Origin: Paenibacillus melissococcoides
GTDB taxonomy: Bacteria; Bacillota; Bacilli; Paenibacillales; Paenibacillaceae
Direction: 5' to 3'
Length of the DNA: 32,000 nt
NCBI RefSeq assembly: GCF_944800085.1
Contig: NZ_CALYLO010000001.1
Location: forward strand, 1,727,266 to 1,759,265
Shown piece after piece: positions 16,990-24,507 of the stretch; within the stretch, counting starts at the first letter, position 1, and every line of letters begins with the position of its first letter. The position numbers were made by a program, and so were the translations under genes. The notes below the pieces were generated by a model. It had not been told where the DNA came from. It saw only the letters and a program-made list of their open reading frames with translations, and did not search any database.

Positions 16990-17821
16990 GGGCGTGTATG
17001 CAAACCTTAAGCCAACCAGATCATGGAAGAGGCCAGCTTTAAGAAGGCAACAAAAGTACAGGCCAATTTATCGTACCGAGTTGCCAGCCGACGATTATGT
17101 TTGAGTTTGTTGAACAGGCATTCGACCAGATGACGCTCTTTATACAACCACCAGTCGGTTGTACGTTGGATCGTGCGATTCTTCTTACTGGGAATGACGG
17201 AATGGGCCAGTTTCTCTTCCAAAAGCGCAATGATTTTATCGGTATCGTATCCGCGATCCGCCAAAACATGTTTACCTTGTATGTCTTGGGTTTGCAGGAT
17301 CTCATAACCCGTTACACAATCATTGATGTTGCCTGCGGTTACTTCGAAGCGTAGCGGATTGCCAAGGCCGTCTACAACGGCATGAATCTTGCTGGTTAAG
17401 CCTCCGCGTGATCGTCCGATGGCTTGGAATTGCTGGCCCCTTTTGCCCCCGCGCCGTGTTGGTGAACACGAACGATGGAAGCATCGAGCATAACACTTTC
17501 GTCATCGGGATTGGCAGCCAGAACCTCTAGCATTCGATCAAAGATGCCTGCTTTCTCCCAGCGGCGGAAACGACTGTAGACACTGCTCCAGGAGCCATAA
17601 TGCTCTGGCAAGTCTCGCCAAGGCGCACCAGAACGAATCACCCAAAGCATGGCATTGAACATTTTTCGGTTATCGATTGCCGGACGTCCACCCTGTGGTT
17701 TCCGTTCCGGTGGCAAGAGGTCTTTGAGTCGTTCCCATTGGTCATCTCGTATCTCATATCGTCTTCTCATAGGATAAGTTTACCAGATATTTGGCTATTT
17801 CGATAGTTTGCGTACACGCCC
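16990..17821 (-). mobile_element. IS5-family insertion sequence (IS427-group-like), copy 2, 832 bp, inside vanY
   Basis: Same IRs and orientation as copy 1. TA (or CTA/CTAG) duplication. Removing the IS and one TA restores gct cta gaa gaa = ALEE of VanY. Confidence 0.9.
17007..17770 (-). CDS. IS5-family DDE transposase (orfA/orfB, -1 frameshift), copy 2
   Basis: Identical to the copy 1 protein except for substitutions caused by 3 SNPs (17400, 17436, 17525). Confidence 0.85.
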
Positions 17822-18512
17822 TAGAAGAATATATGGATTTTTTGAAGGAACAGAAGTCCATTACGACTACAATAGACCACCAAGTCTATAAAATCTTTTA
17901 CTATCCTATCTCCCAAAATACAACAATTTCTGTGCCTGCGAATGGCCAGTATGAAATTTCAGGCAACAATATGGATGGCGTGATTGTGACAGTGTATTCT
18001 GGTAAGCGAGACTAAGTTTACGGCGGACAAGGCTCGGGCGGAGAGGAACGGATGAACGGCGGAAGCAGGTTGTAGAATTGGGTTGTTCGGGCATTTTTTG
18101 CCTCCTATATGTACGCATTATTCAAAATCATCCTGCTCAAGTTTGGCCAGGCAGACGTCGAGTTTCTATGGGTACGGCTAATGCGAAACTCGACCAACCC
18201 GGAATGTATTGCCGCTCGGCTGCATGCCGGCAATCTGATTTTCCTTATTGCGGGTGGTAACAGCTTCGCTATGACATGATTGAACAGAAAACAGGTATCT
18301 CAAGAGTAACTGTCGCAAAAAGAAATCAATCCAGATGTGATTTTTAAAGATGGTAAAACAGAGCGTATGAATGTATTCATTCGTTATAGAAACATAGAGA
18401 GCCAAGAATAAATAATTTCTTAGTACGGTTATTCTAATTTCTTGTACATTCATGCCCATAAGCGAACCAGCATTGTTTCAGGGTGGCGCGACAAGAAATT
18501 GGAGGAGAAATA

Positions 18513-18989
18513 TTGGAAAATAAAAAATTGACATTCGTATTATTCATAATCTATGTATTAGCACTTATTTGGTTAGTTCTTTTTAAGTTACAGTTTTCTT
18601 TTGATCAAATAGACAGAGTGCGAGTAATTAATATGATTCCACTTAATAAGTCTGTGTTTTCTGAGGTGTATAGCAATATAAGCATTTTTGTACCTTTGGG
18701 TATCTATATTTGCATGTTGAAAAGTAAGTGGTCTTTTATGAAAAAACTTGTTTCAATTCTTGGTTTTACTCTGGCATTTGAGATTATACAATTTGTTTTA
18801 GCAATCGGAAGAAGTGATATTACTGATATACTGGCCAATACACTTGGAGGTACAATCGGTATTGGTATTTATGAGCTATTATTCAAGATTCTAAAACACA
18901 GGACGAATAAATTTATAAATTTATTTGCCTTGGTGTTAACTTCTTGTGCCATATTTTTTATTCTCTTTATATTTAAAAGGCACAGGTAG
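18513..18989 (+). CDS. vanZ: VanZ-like membrane protein, ~158 aa
   Basis: GGAGGAG at 18501-18507 followed by TTG at 18513. LIWLVLFKLQ, FEIIQFVLAIGRSDITDILANTLGG match the VanZ family and the Tn1546 VanZ pattern. Very AT-rich. Confidence 0.8.
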   Translation: MENKKLTFVLFIIYVLALIWLVLFKLQFSFDQIDRVRVINMIPLNKSVFSEVYSNISIFVPLGIYICMLKSKWSFMKKLVSILGFTLAFEIIQFVLAIGRSDITDILANTLGGTIGIGIYELLFKILKHRTNKFINLFALVLTSCAIFFILFIFKRHR

Positions 18990-19042
18990 GTACGTAATGA
19001 ATGAATTAGATTAGATGGAACACGGTATGTGGGGAAAATTTC

Positions 19043-19075
19043 CTTAACGTTGTAAATTCGCATTTTCCTGACGCT
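19043..19075 (-). repeat. Tn1546-like (Tn3-family) right terminal inverted repeat, inner 33 of 38 bp; outer GGGGT missing
   Basis: The reverse complement AGCGTCAGGAAAATGCGAATTTACAACGTTAAG matches 31/33 of my recollection of the Tn1546 IR (GGGGTAGCGTCAGGAAAATGCGGATTTACAACGCTAAG). Confidence 0.7.
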
Positions 19076-19344
19076 GGAGCCGATGTTCAGCGATGTCAGG
19101 GAAAAGCTGGAGATGCATCGCGCGTTTGTGATGCCGCATACCGTCTACATCCCGGAGAACCATCATGCCGGCACGATTGAGATCGTTACGGTGATGGCAG
19201 GGTCCATCGAATTAACGATCGGAGAGAAGACGTATTCGCTGCAAACCTTTGATTCCATCCAATTCTCGGCCGCGGAATCCCACCGCTATCATAATCCCGG
19301 CGAGGAGGAAGCGGTATTTGCATCTAACGATGTGTTACCCTTGA
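19070..19344 (+). repeat. Direct repeat copy 2 (relic of the XRE-cupin gene 3' end), right flank of the van island
   Basis: See 9632-9905. Carries an extra T at ~19318 that shifts the frame at the C-terminus. Confidence 0.9.
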
Positions 19345-19385
19345 TCGAGAGGATTATGAATGATACTAGTGAAATGGGGTCATAA
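19083..19385 (+). pseudogene. 5'-truncated, frameshifted duplicate of the cupin domain of the XRE-cupin regulator
   Basis: MFSDVREKLEMHRAFVMPHTVYIPENHHAGTIEIVTVMAGSIELTIGEKTYSLQTFDSIQFSAAESHRYHNPGEEEAV is identical to residues ~104-181 of the 9336..9905 product (ATG-9336 numbering), followed by a divergent tail. No HTH domain and no RBS. Confidence 0.85.
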
Positions 19386-19401
19386 TAAAACGCAACAAAA
19401 A

Positions 19402-19437
19402 AAAGACTCTGGCGGTTACATGGCCGCCAGAGTCTTT
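19402..19437 (-). terminator. Intrinsic terminator of the metallophosphoesterase gene (14-bp stem, U-tract on the minus strand)
   Basis: AAAGACTCTGGCGG ttacatgg CCGCCAGAGTCTTT. The A8 run at 19397-19404 gives a T-run on the minus strand. The stop codon lies in the loop. Confidence 0.75.
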
Positions 19438-20291
19438 GCTTGTTCTTGTTCGCTATTCGATGCGGATGATGCCAACGGCAAGCGGTGGATGGTGATTTCA
19501 GGCCGGCTGCCTACGCGAATGTTCACTCCAGTCTGCCCCAAGCCTTCGCTGATATAGAATGGTTTGCCGTCATAGACATGCAGACCTTTGATCATATTCA
19601 TGCCGACCAGCTTCCCCATGGCCGCCAAATGATACGGCTTCGGCCAATGGATTTGTCCTCCATGAAAATGGCCGCAAAGCAAATAATCAAACCGATAGCG
19701 TCTCATGTTCAGCACAATATTCGGATCATGCGTAAGGACAAGACGGTATCCGTGCCCGATTCCATGGAAGGAAGCGGCGAGATCGCTTCGTTCCGTGCTG
19801 GAGTCATCGATCCCGATAATATTGAGCCGCGTACCGTTGATGTCAATCCTGTCATTCTCGTTCTGCAGCGTTTTACAACCGTTCTGCTCTAAGGTTTGCT
19901 GCAACGAAGCAAAGTCCTTCCCCTTCAGCACATAATCATGATTCCCGAACACTGCGTACATGCCGTATTTCGGCTGCAGGCGGTTCAGCACCTTGAGATA
20001 AGGGACCAGCTTCGGTATAGAGCGGGTCCGATCGAGAAAATCGCCGGTAAGAGCGATGAGATCGATCTGTTCATCTGCAAGCTTGTCGAATAATTGATTG
20101 GGCGAAATCGAGATGTTCTCCAGATGCAAGTCCGATAGATGCAAGACATGAATGGCCTGTCCGGAACGATTCGGTCCATTGCTCTCCAAGCTGATCTTGT
20201 TCATATTTACTTGCCGCGTATTCAGATGAGCTTTATATAAAAGGTAGGTCAGCATAGCCAGGAGGATTGCGATAAACACAAAAAATAGCAT
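19416..20291 (-). CDS. Membrane-anchored metallophosphoesterase (calcineurin-like, YkuE-type), 291 aa
   Basis: N-terminal TM. Motifs HLSDLHL, GDFLD, GNHD, THDP, GHFHGG. Confidence 0.85.
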   Translation of the reverse strand: MLFFVFIAILLAMLTYLLYKAHLNTRQVNMNKISLESNGPNRSGQAIHVLHLSDLHLENISISPNQLFDKLADEQIDLIALTGDFLDRTRSIPKLVPYLKVLNRLQPKYGMYAVFGNHDYVLKGKDFASLQQTLEQNGCKTLQNENDRIDINGTRLNIIGIDDSSTERSDLAASFHGIGHGYRLVLTHDPNIVLNMRRYRFDYLLCGHFHGGQIHWPKPYHLAAMGKLVGMNMIKGLHVYDGKPFYISEGLGQTGVNIRVGSRPEITIHRLPLASSASNSEQEQAKTLAAM

Positions 20292-20465
20292 AGCTTAAAT
20301 CTCCTTTCTATATACCAGTATATAAGGATCGGCAGGTCGATGTCTGCGGTAATTCATGGAGTGGATGGTATTCCATCTTCGATCTATGATCTTGGATGTA
20401 TGCCGGCCGGTGATTTCGCGCAAATTAAGCATTCAAGAGGAAGCTTGGTTGCGGAGGAAAAGAAC

Positions 20466-21578
20466 ATGTCCAAAAAAGTTCTGTTACTGCCCTTTTTGCA
20501 AATCAAAATGGGACATCATCAAGCCGCCGACGCGCTGGTGGAGCACATGCTGTCGATCGATCCGTCCATCGAATGCGATATCGTTGATATTTTGGACTAC
20601 AGCTACGGCAGCCGCGTGGAAGGCTTGGTGTCCTCAACCTATTTGAAATGGATTCACTTCCTGCCGCTCACTTACAGCTGGATGTACCGCAAAAGCTGCG
20701 GCGGCCAGCTCCGCCATAAGAGGCGTTACCGCCTCTATGAGATGATCTTTATGAGAGGCATGCAACAATTGATACGGGAAAAGCAGCCGGATTGCATCCT
20801 GTGCACTCATTCGCTGCCGTCGTACTTGCTTGATCGCTTGAAATGCAAAGGCCTGCTATCCATTCCGGTAATCAATGTGTATACGGATTTTTTTATCAAT
20901 GATGTGTGGGGGAGGGACGGGATCGATTATCATTTCGTTCCGGATACGCATATCAAGGACTGGTTGACCAGCCGATCCGTTCAGGCCGAGCATATCTTCG
21001 TCACCGGCATACCGGTGCATCCCCAATTCACCGCTTCGCGTCCGGAACGGAAACAAGCGAATTCCGAATTCACGGTCTTGATTACGGGGGGAAATCTCGG
21101 CGCCGGGGTGATGAAGGCGATGTGCCGCACGATCGGGAAGGCGGAGGGCGTGCGGTATATCGTGTTATGCGGGAAGAACAAAGCGCTCTATCGCCATTTG
21201 AAGAAGAAAAACTGCCCCAGCATCATTCCGATGCCTTATATTGAATCGAGAGCGGAAATGAATGATTTATACAATCAAGCCGACGCGGTACTGACCAAGC
21301 CGGGGGGAGTAACGATTAGCGAATGCTTGTATAAAAAAGTGCCGATTCTCGTCTACCATGCCTTGCCCGGGCAGGAAGAAATCAATCTGCTGCATCTGCT
21401 CGACCAACAATTGATCGTGTACGTGAAGGATTGGGCGAAAGAGACGATGGACAAGCAACTCCAACTGCTCTGGAATAAAAAGGCGATGGAGCGTCTGACG
21501 GGACAAATGAATGCTTACAGCAGGGATATATCGGATCTGAGTTCAACGCTTCGCCACGTTCTCAAACTGCCGCAGTAG
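20466..21578 (+). CDS. MGDG-synthase-like / UgtP-like glycosyltransferase (GT28 family), ~370 aa
   Basis: GGAGG RBS before the ATG at 20466. N-terminal MSKKVLLLPFLQIKMGHHQAADAL (MGDG_synth pattern). C-terminal LTKPGGVTISECL (GT28 C-terminus). Confidence 0.75.
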   Translation: MSKKVLLLPFLQIKMGHHQAADALVEHMLSIDPSIECDIVDILDYSYGSRVEGLVSSTYLKWIHFLPLTYSWMYRKSCGGQLRHKRRYRLYEMIFMRGMQQLIREKQPDCILCTHSLPSYLLDRLKCKGLLSIPVINVYTDFFINDVWGRDGIDYHFVPDTHIKDWLTSRSVQAEHIFVTGIPVHPQFTASRPERKQANSEFTVLITGGNLGAGVMKAMCRTIGKAEGVRYIVLCGKNKALYRHLKKKNCPSIIPMPYIESRAEMNDLYNQADAVLTKPGGVTISECLYKKVPILVYHALPGQEEINLLHLLDQQLIVYVKDWAKETMDKQLQLLWNKKAMERLTGQMNAYSRDISDLSSTLRHVLKLPQ

Positions 21579-21603
21579 AGGGCCGGAGCTGCATATGCAT
21601 AAT

Positions 21604-21627
21604 AGCCGCATGATGGCGGCTTTTTTT
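21604..21627 (+). terminator. Intrinsic terminator after the glycosyltransferase gene
   Basis: AGCCGC atgatg GCGGCT followed by T7. Confidence 0.65.
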
Positions 21628-21683
21628 GTGCGCCAATTTGGCTGTTCGGCCTGCCGCGAGCATCTCTTGGGCGAAGACACGGA

Positions 21684-21712
21684 TTGACGAATACGAACAT
21701 GCCGTCTATAAT
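21684..21712 (+). promoter_or_regulatory. Near-consensus sigma-A promoter: TTGACG - 17 nt - TATAAT
   Basis: -35 at 21684-21689, -10 at 21707-21712, exact 17-nt spacer. About 95 nt upstream of the AAA+ gene. Confidence 0.7.
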
Positions 21713-21715
21713 TTG

Positions 21716-21750
21716 ATTTAGTAATTTAGTAAATAAGTAAATTACTAAAT
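21716..21750. promoter_or_regulatory. Perfect 13-bp inverted repeat (operator-like) immediately downstream of the -10
   Basis: ATTTAGTAATTTA gtaaataag TAAATTACTAAAT. Also readable as four 8-nt units: ATTTAGTA ATTTAGTA AATAAGTA AATTACTA. Confidence 0.55.
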
Positions 21751-21807
21751 AATTAATGTTGAAGCATCGCGGCGCGTTAACCGAAACGGCCCGAGAGGAG
21801 GAGGAAC

Positions 21808-22929
21808 ATGAATCACGAGGAAGAATTTCGCTTGTCGCCTGCAAGACAATTGACCGAGATCGAACAAGCGCTTGTCTGGACAAAGCCGCCTTCTCATCAA
21901 GCAAGCGAGGAAGAATTGCGGATATGTAAAGAAATAAAGCGCAACTGGAACCGCGGCGAGATGAAAATCGCGAATATTTTGCTGGAGGGCGATGCCGGCT
22001 CGGGCAAAACGCAGCTTGCCAAAGCATTGTCCGCCCATTTCGGGCTGCCCTATACGAAGGTGACTTGCTTCGCCGATATGGATAAATCCGATGTGATCGG
22101 GGCGATTTTGCCGGTGATTGCGCCCGAACGGATCAAAAAGCTGGAACCGGAAGAACAGCTTGCCTTGAACGCTTTGTATGAGAGCGACGGGTTCCGGAGC
22201 GCCACGGAAATATTGACGGACGCCCTGGGGGTACCCCCGGAAGAGGCGGCCCTGAAGATGAAGCAATTGTTGAAGAGGGTTGGGCAACATCACGAGGGCG
22301 AAGCGGTGGAGTATCGATTTTACCCCTCCGAGATCGTCAGGGCGTATCAGCATGGCTATCTGCTGGAAATCCAAGAGCCGACCGTAATTCGCGATGCGGC
22401 CGTGCTCATGGCCCTGAACTCGGCTCTAGAGCTGGATGGAAGCATCAACCTGCCGACCGAAGTGATCCGCCGGCATCCCGACTTCATCGCGGTCATTACG
22501 ACGAATCGCAGTTATGCCGGGACGAGGCCGCTGAACGAAGCGCTGCGCGACCGGGTGCAGCATACGGAGAAGATGGATCTGCCGGCCAAGAGTGTTATGG
22601 TGGAGCGGGCCATGGCCAAAACGGGCTCTCGAAATCAACGGGTGCTGGGCGTGTTGGCGGATGTCATCATTGTTCTCGATCAAGCAGCCCGGACCCATGC
22701 CATCAAGGGCGTGGCCGGGATGCGCTCGTTCTTCTACTGGGCGGATGCGGTTGCCGGAGGCGCTTCGGCCCGTGAGTCGCTCTATTATAAAGTCATTTAC
22801 AAGATGACGACCGATTCCGAAGAAATCAAACGCTTGGAAGAAGCGCTGCAAAGCCGTGAGCTGTTGGCAGGTCTGGATGATATAGATGCCGCCGCAAAAA
22901 AAAAACAATTTTTGGAACCGCTGAAATAA
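21808..22929 (+). CDS. AAA+ ATPase, AAA_5 / CbbQ-NorQ-MoxR-like, 373 aa
   Basis: GAGGAGGAGG RBS. Walker A GDAGSGKTQLAKAL. A Walker-B-like region GYLLEIQEP. Sensor-1-like AVITTN. Arg-finger-like NEALRDRV. A ~70-aa insertion lies between Walker A and Walker B. Confidence 0.75.
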   Translation: MNHEEEFRLSPARQLTEIEQALVWTKPPSHQASEEELRICKEIKRNWNRGEMKIANILLEGDAGSGKTQLAKALSAHFGLPYTKVTCFADMDKSDVIGAILPVIAPERIKKLEPEEQLALNALYESDGFRSATEILTDALGVPPEEAALKMKQLLKRVGQHHEGEAVEYRFYPSEIVRAYQHGYLLEIQEPTVIRDAAVLMALNSALELDGSINLPTEVIRRHPDFIAVITTNRSYAGTRPLNEALRDRVQHTEKMDLPAKSVMVERAMAKTGSRNQRVLGVLADVIIVLDQAARTHAIKGVAGMRSFFYWADAVAGGASARESLYYKVIYKMTTDSEEIKRLEEALQSRELLAGLDDIDAAAKKKQFLEPLK

Positions 22930-22961
22930 GGTCATGGGGGGCAGCCGACGACATTGCTGCT

Positions 22962-24023
22962 ATGGATGACAACCAAGCCGAGGAAAGGGGCGTCGCCTTG
23001 AAAAAGACGGCGGATAGCGACGAAAGCTCGATTGGCGCAGCGGCATCCAGTGAATCAGCCGGTACGGCAAGCCGGGATCTGGGAGAGGACGGGGCCCCTC
23101 TTTATCATCAGCTCCATCCGGATTCGGTGCCGGACGACGCGAAGCCCCGACAGCGGGATTTCCGGAAAAGGCGGAATCAAGAGGCTAGAGAGGCGGCGGC
23201 TCAGTCGATTCATAAAGGGATCAGGCTCATCGTTCATCATCCGGACGTCCTGGATGAGCATCGTCAGGAATATGCCCGCCTGAGCAAGGAGCTGATGCCT
23301 ATCGTGCGGGAAATGGCCAGACAAGCGCTTCCGCTGCTGGAGTATGAGAGTTCTTCGGAATGGGCGAGGAACCGGTATTACGGCAGCAAATTTGTGGCTG
23401 ACAGCGTAGCTTACCGCGATTATAAGCATTTCGCCAAGCGGCGTCCTCCGACGGAGTCCCCGTCCCTGGCCGTCGGTCTGAGAGTGGATGAGTCGGCATC
23501 GATGTCCGCCTTCGGCAGGCTTGAAGCCGCCAAGCGCGCGGCGCTCGCCGTCTACGAATTTTGCCGAATGTGCGAGCTGCCTGTATGCATCTATGGCGAT
23601 ACGGCAGACGCTTCCCGCTTGGAACAGATGTCGATATTTGCTTACACCGACTTCGAGAAGGCGGATCCCGAAGATCGGTTCAGGCTGATGGGGATGCGGG
23701 CCAGAAGCAATAACCGGGATGGACTGGCTCTTCGAATCCTTGGAGATCGGTTAGCTGCCGCTCCGCAGCAGACCAAGCTGCTGATCAGCATCAGCGACGG
23801 CCAACCGAAAGCGAGGGATGACTATACGGGAAGCTGTGTGATCCAGGATATGCAGCAGACCATCGCCGGGTATGAGCGGAAGGGAGTGGCCGTGCTGGCC
23901 GCCGCCATCGGCCAGGATAAGGAGGTCATTAGCCAGATCTATGGAGCCGAGCGATTTTTGGATATGACGAATTTGCAAGAGCTCCCGGTCAAGCTGGTCC
24001 GGCTTATCGCCCGGTATATGTGA
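22962..24023 (+). CDS. von Willebrand factor A (VWA) domain protein, NorD/CobT-like, 353 aa
   Basis: MIDAS DESASMS (DxSxS) and SDGQP. Acidic low-complexity N-terminus. Typical partner of CbbQ/NorQ-type AAA+ proteins. No obvious RBS, so probably translationally coupled. Confidence 0.75.
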   Translation: MDDNQAEERGVALKKTADSDESSIGAAASSESAGTASRDLGEDGAPLYHQLHPDSVPDDAKPRQRDFRKRRNQEAREAAAQSIHKGIRLIVHHPDVLDEHRQEYARLSKELMPIVREMARQALPLLEYESSSEWARNRYYGSKFVADSVAYRDYKHFAKRRPPTESPSLAVGLRVDESASMSAFGRLEAAKRAALAVYEFCRMCELPVCIYGDTADASRLEQMSIFAYTDFEKADPEDRFRLMGMRARSNNRDGLALRILGDRLAAAPQQTKLLISISDGQPKARDDYTGSCVIQDMQQTIAGYERKGVAVLAAAIGQDKEVISQIYGAERFLDMTNLQELPVKLVRLIARYM

Positions 24024-24231
24024 TGGCCCGGTTCCTATCCCAATCTGAAAAATAGGAAGTGCTGAGAAAAATGGAGGCCGACAAAGATTGCCGACATGGG
24101 CTGGGAGCTGAGGCAAATCGTAAAGCCGTGGGAGTGTCTCATAGGCATTGCAAAATGATTGAGGTGACGAGTCAACAGAGAATGTGGATGCGGGAAAAAC
24201 GGCGGCGGGCAAAGCGATAGAAGATAGATGA

Positions 24232-24492
24232 GGCAGCGTGATCCTGGTTAATGCAGCAATTTACGTTATTTGACCTCCTATTTTGATGAAATTCCTGCAA
24301 AAGCACATTATTTTCATCGATTTTTATTTTATATTTATTGGATAGTCTGAAATTGATGCAGTTGTGCAGGATTCCCTGCAACGGAGTACAGGTCATAAAG
24401 GAAAGCTGCAGTTTTGCAGTTTTCGGCGAGACGAGCTTTGAGAATCAGGGGGCTGTCTCACTGTAGTTAAATACTGCCTTTGGGACACCCCC
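24232..24492 (-). repeat. Copy B of the ~265-bp structured dispersed repeat (inverted relative to 2393-2660)
   Basis: See copy A. Begins directly 3' of the minus-strand gene 24508..24957, just as copy A begins directly 3' of bcrC. Confidence 0.75.
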
Positions 24493-24507
24493 TTTTTTTG
24501 GTTTCCG

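Larger units (their letters stand above)
16290..18015 (+). pseudogene. vanY: vanY (D,D-carboxypeptidase) inactivated twice: +1 frameshift near 16626-16630 and IS insertion at 16990-17821
   Basis: Three pieces: 16290..16649 (MKKWGFLLLF...NLLLINSKYPVRQESVKSDIVNLSKH), 16639..16989 (MVNDAEKEGVSHFLINSGYRDFDEQSVLYQEMGA...EPWHIRYVGFPHSAIMKEKNFAL), and 17822..18015 (EEYMDFLKEQKS...YEISGNNMDGVIVTV). Joined, they are collinear with Tn1546 VanY. Confidence 0.88.

Noticed and set aside
17906-18118. Minus-strand ORF with a good AGGAGG-N7-ATG (internal start ~18091), antisense to the 3' end of vanY.
   Set aside because: The product is low-complexity (Arg/Ser/Pro-rich) and overlaps conserved VanY coding sequence on the other strand. 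The RBS-like motif is probably fortuitous.
19033-19045. 13-nt exact match GGAAAATTTCCTT shared between the vanZ-IR region (19033) and 26679, near the IS110 element.
   Set aside because: About 15 chance 13-mer matches are expected within a 32-kb window on both strands, and there is no extended similarity around it.
24075-24230. Small basic ORFs downstream of the VWA gene (e.g. MIEVTSQQRMWMREKRRRAKR and a 50-aa version from the ATG at ~24071).
   Set aside because: There is no convincing RBS at appropriate spacing, they are very short, and there is no recognisable motif.
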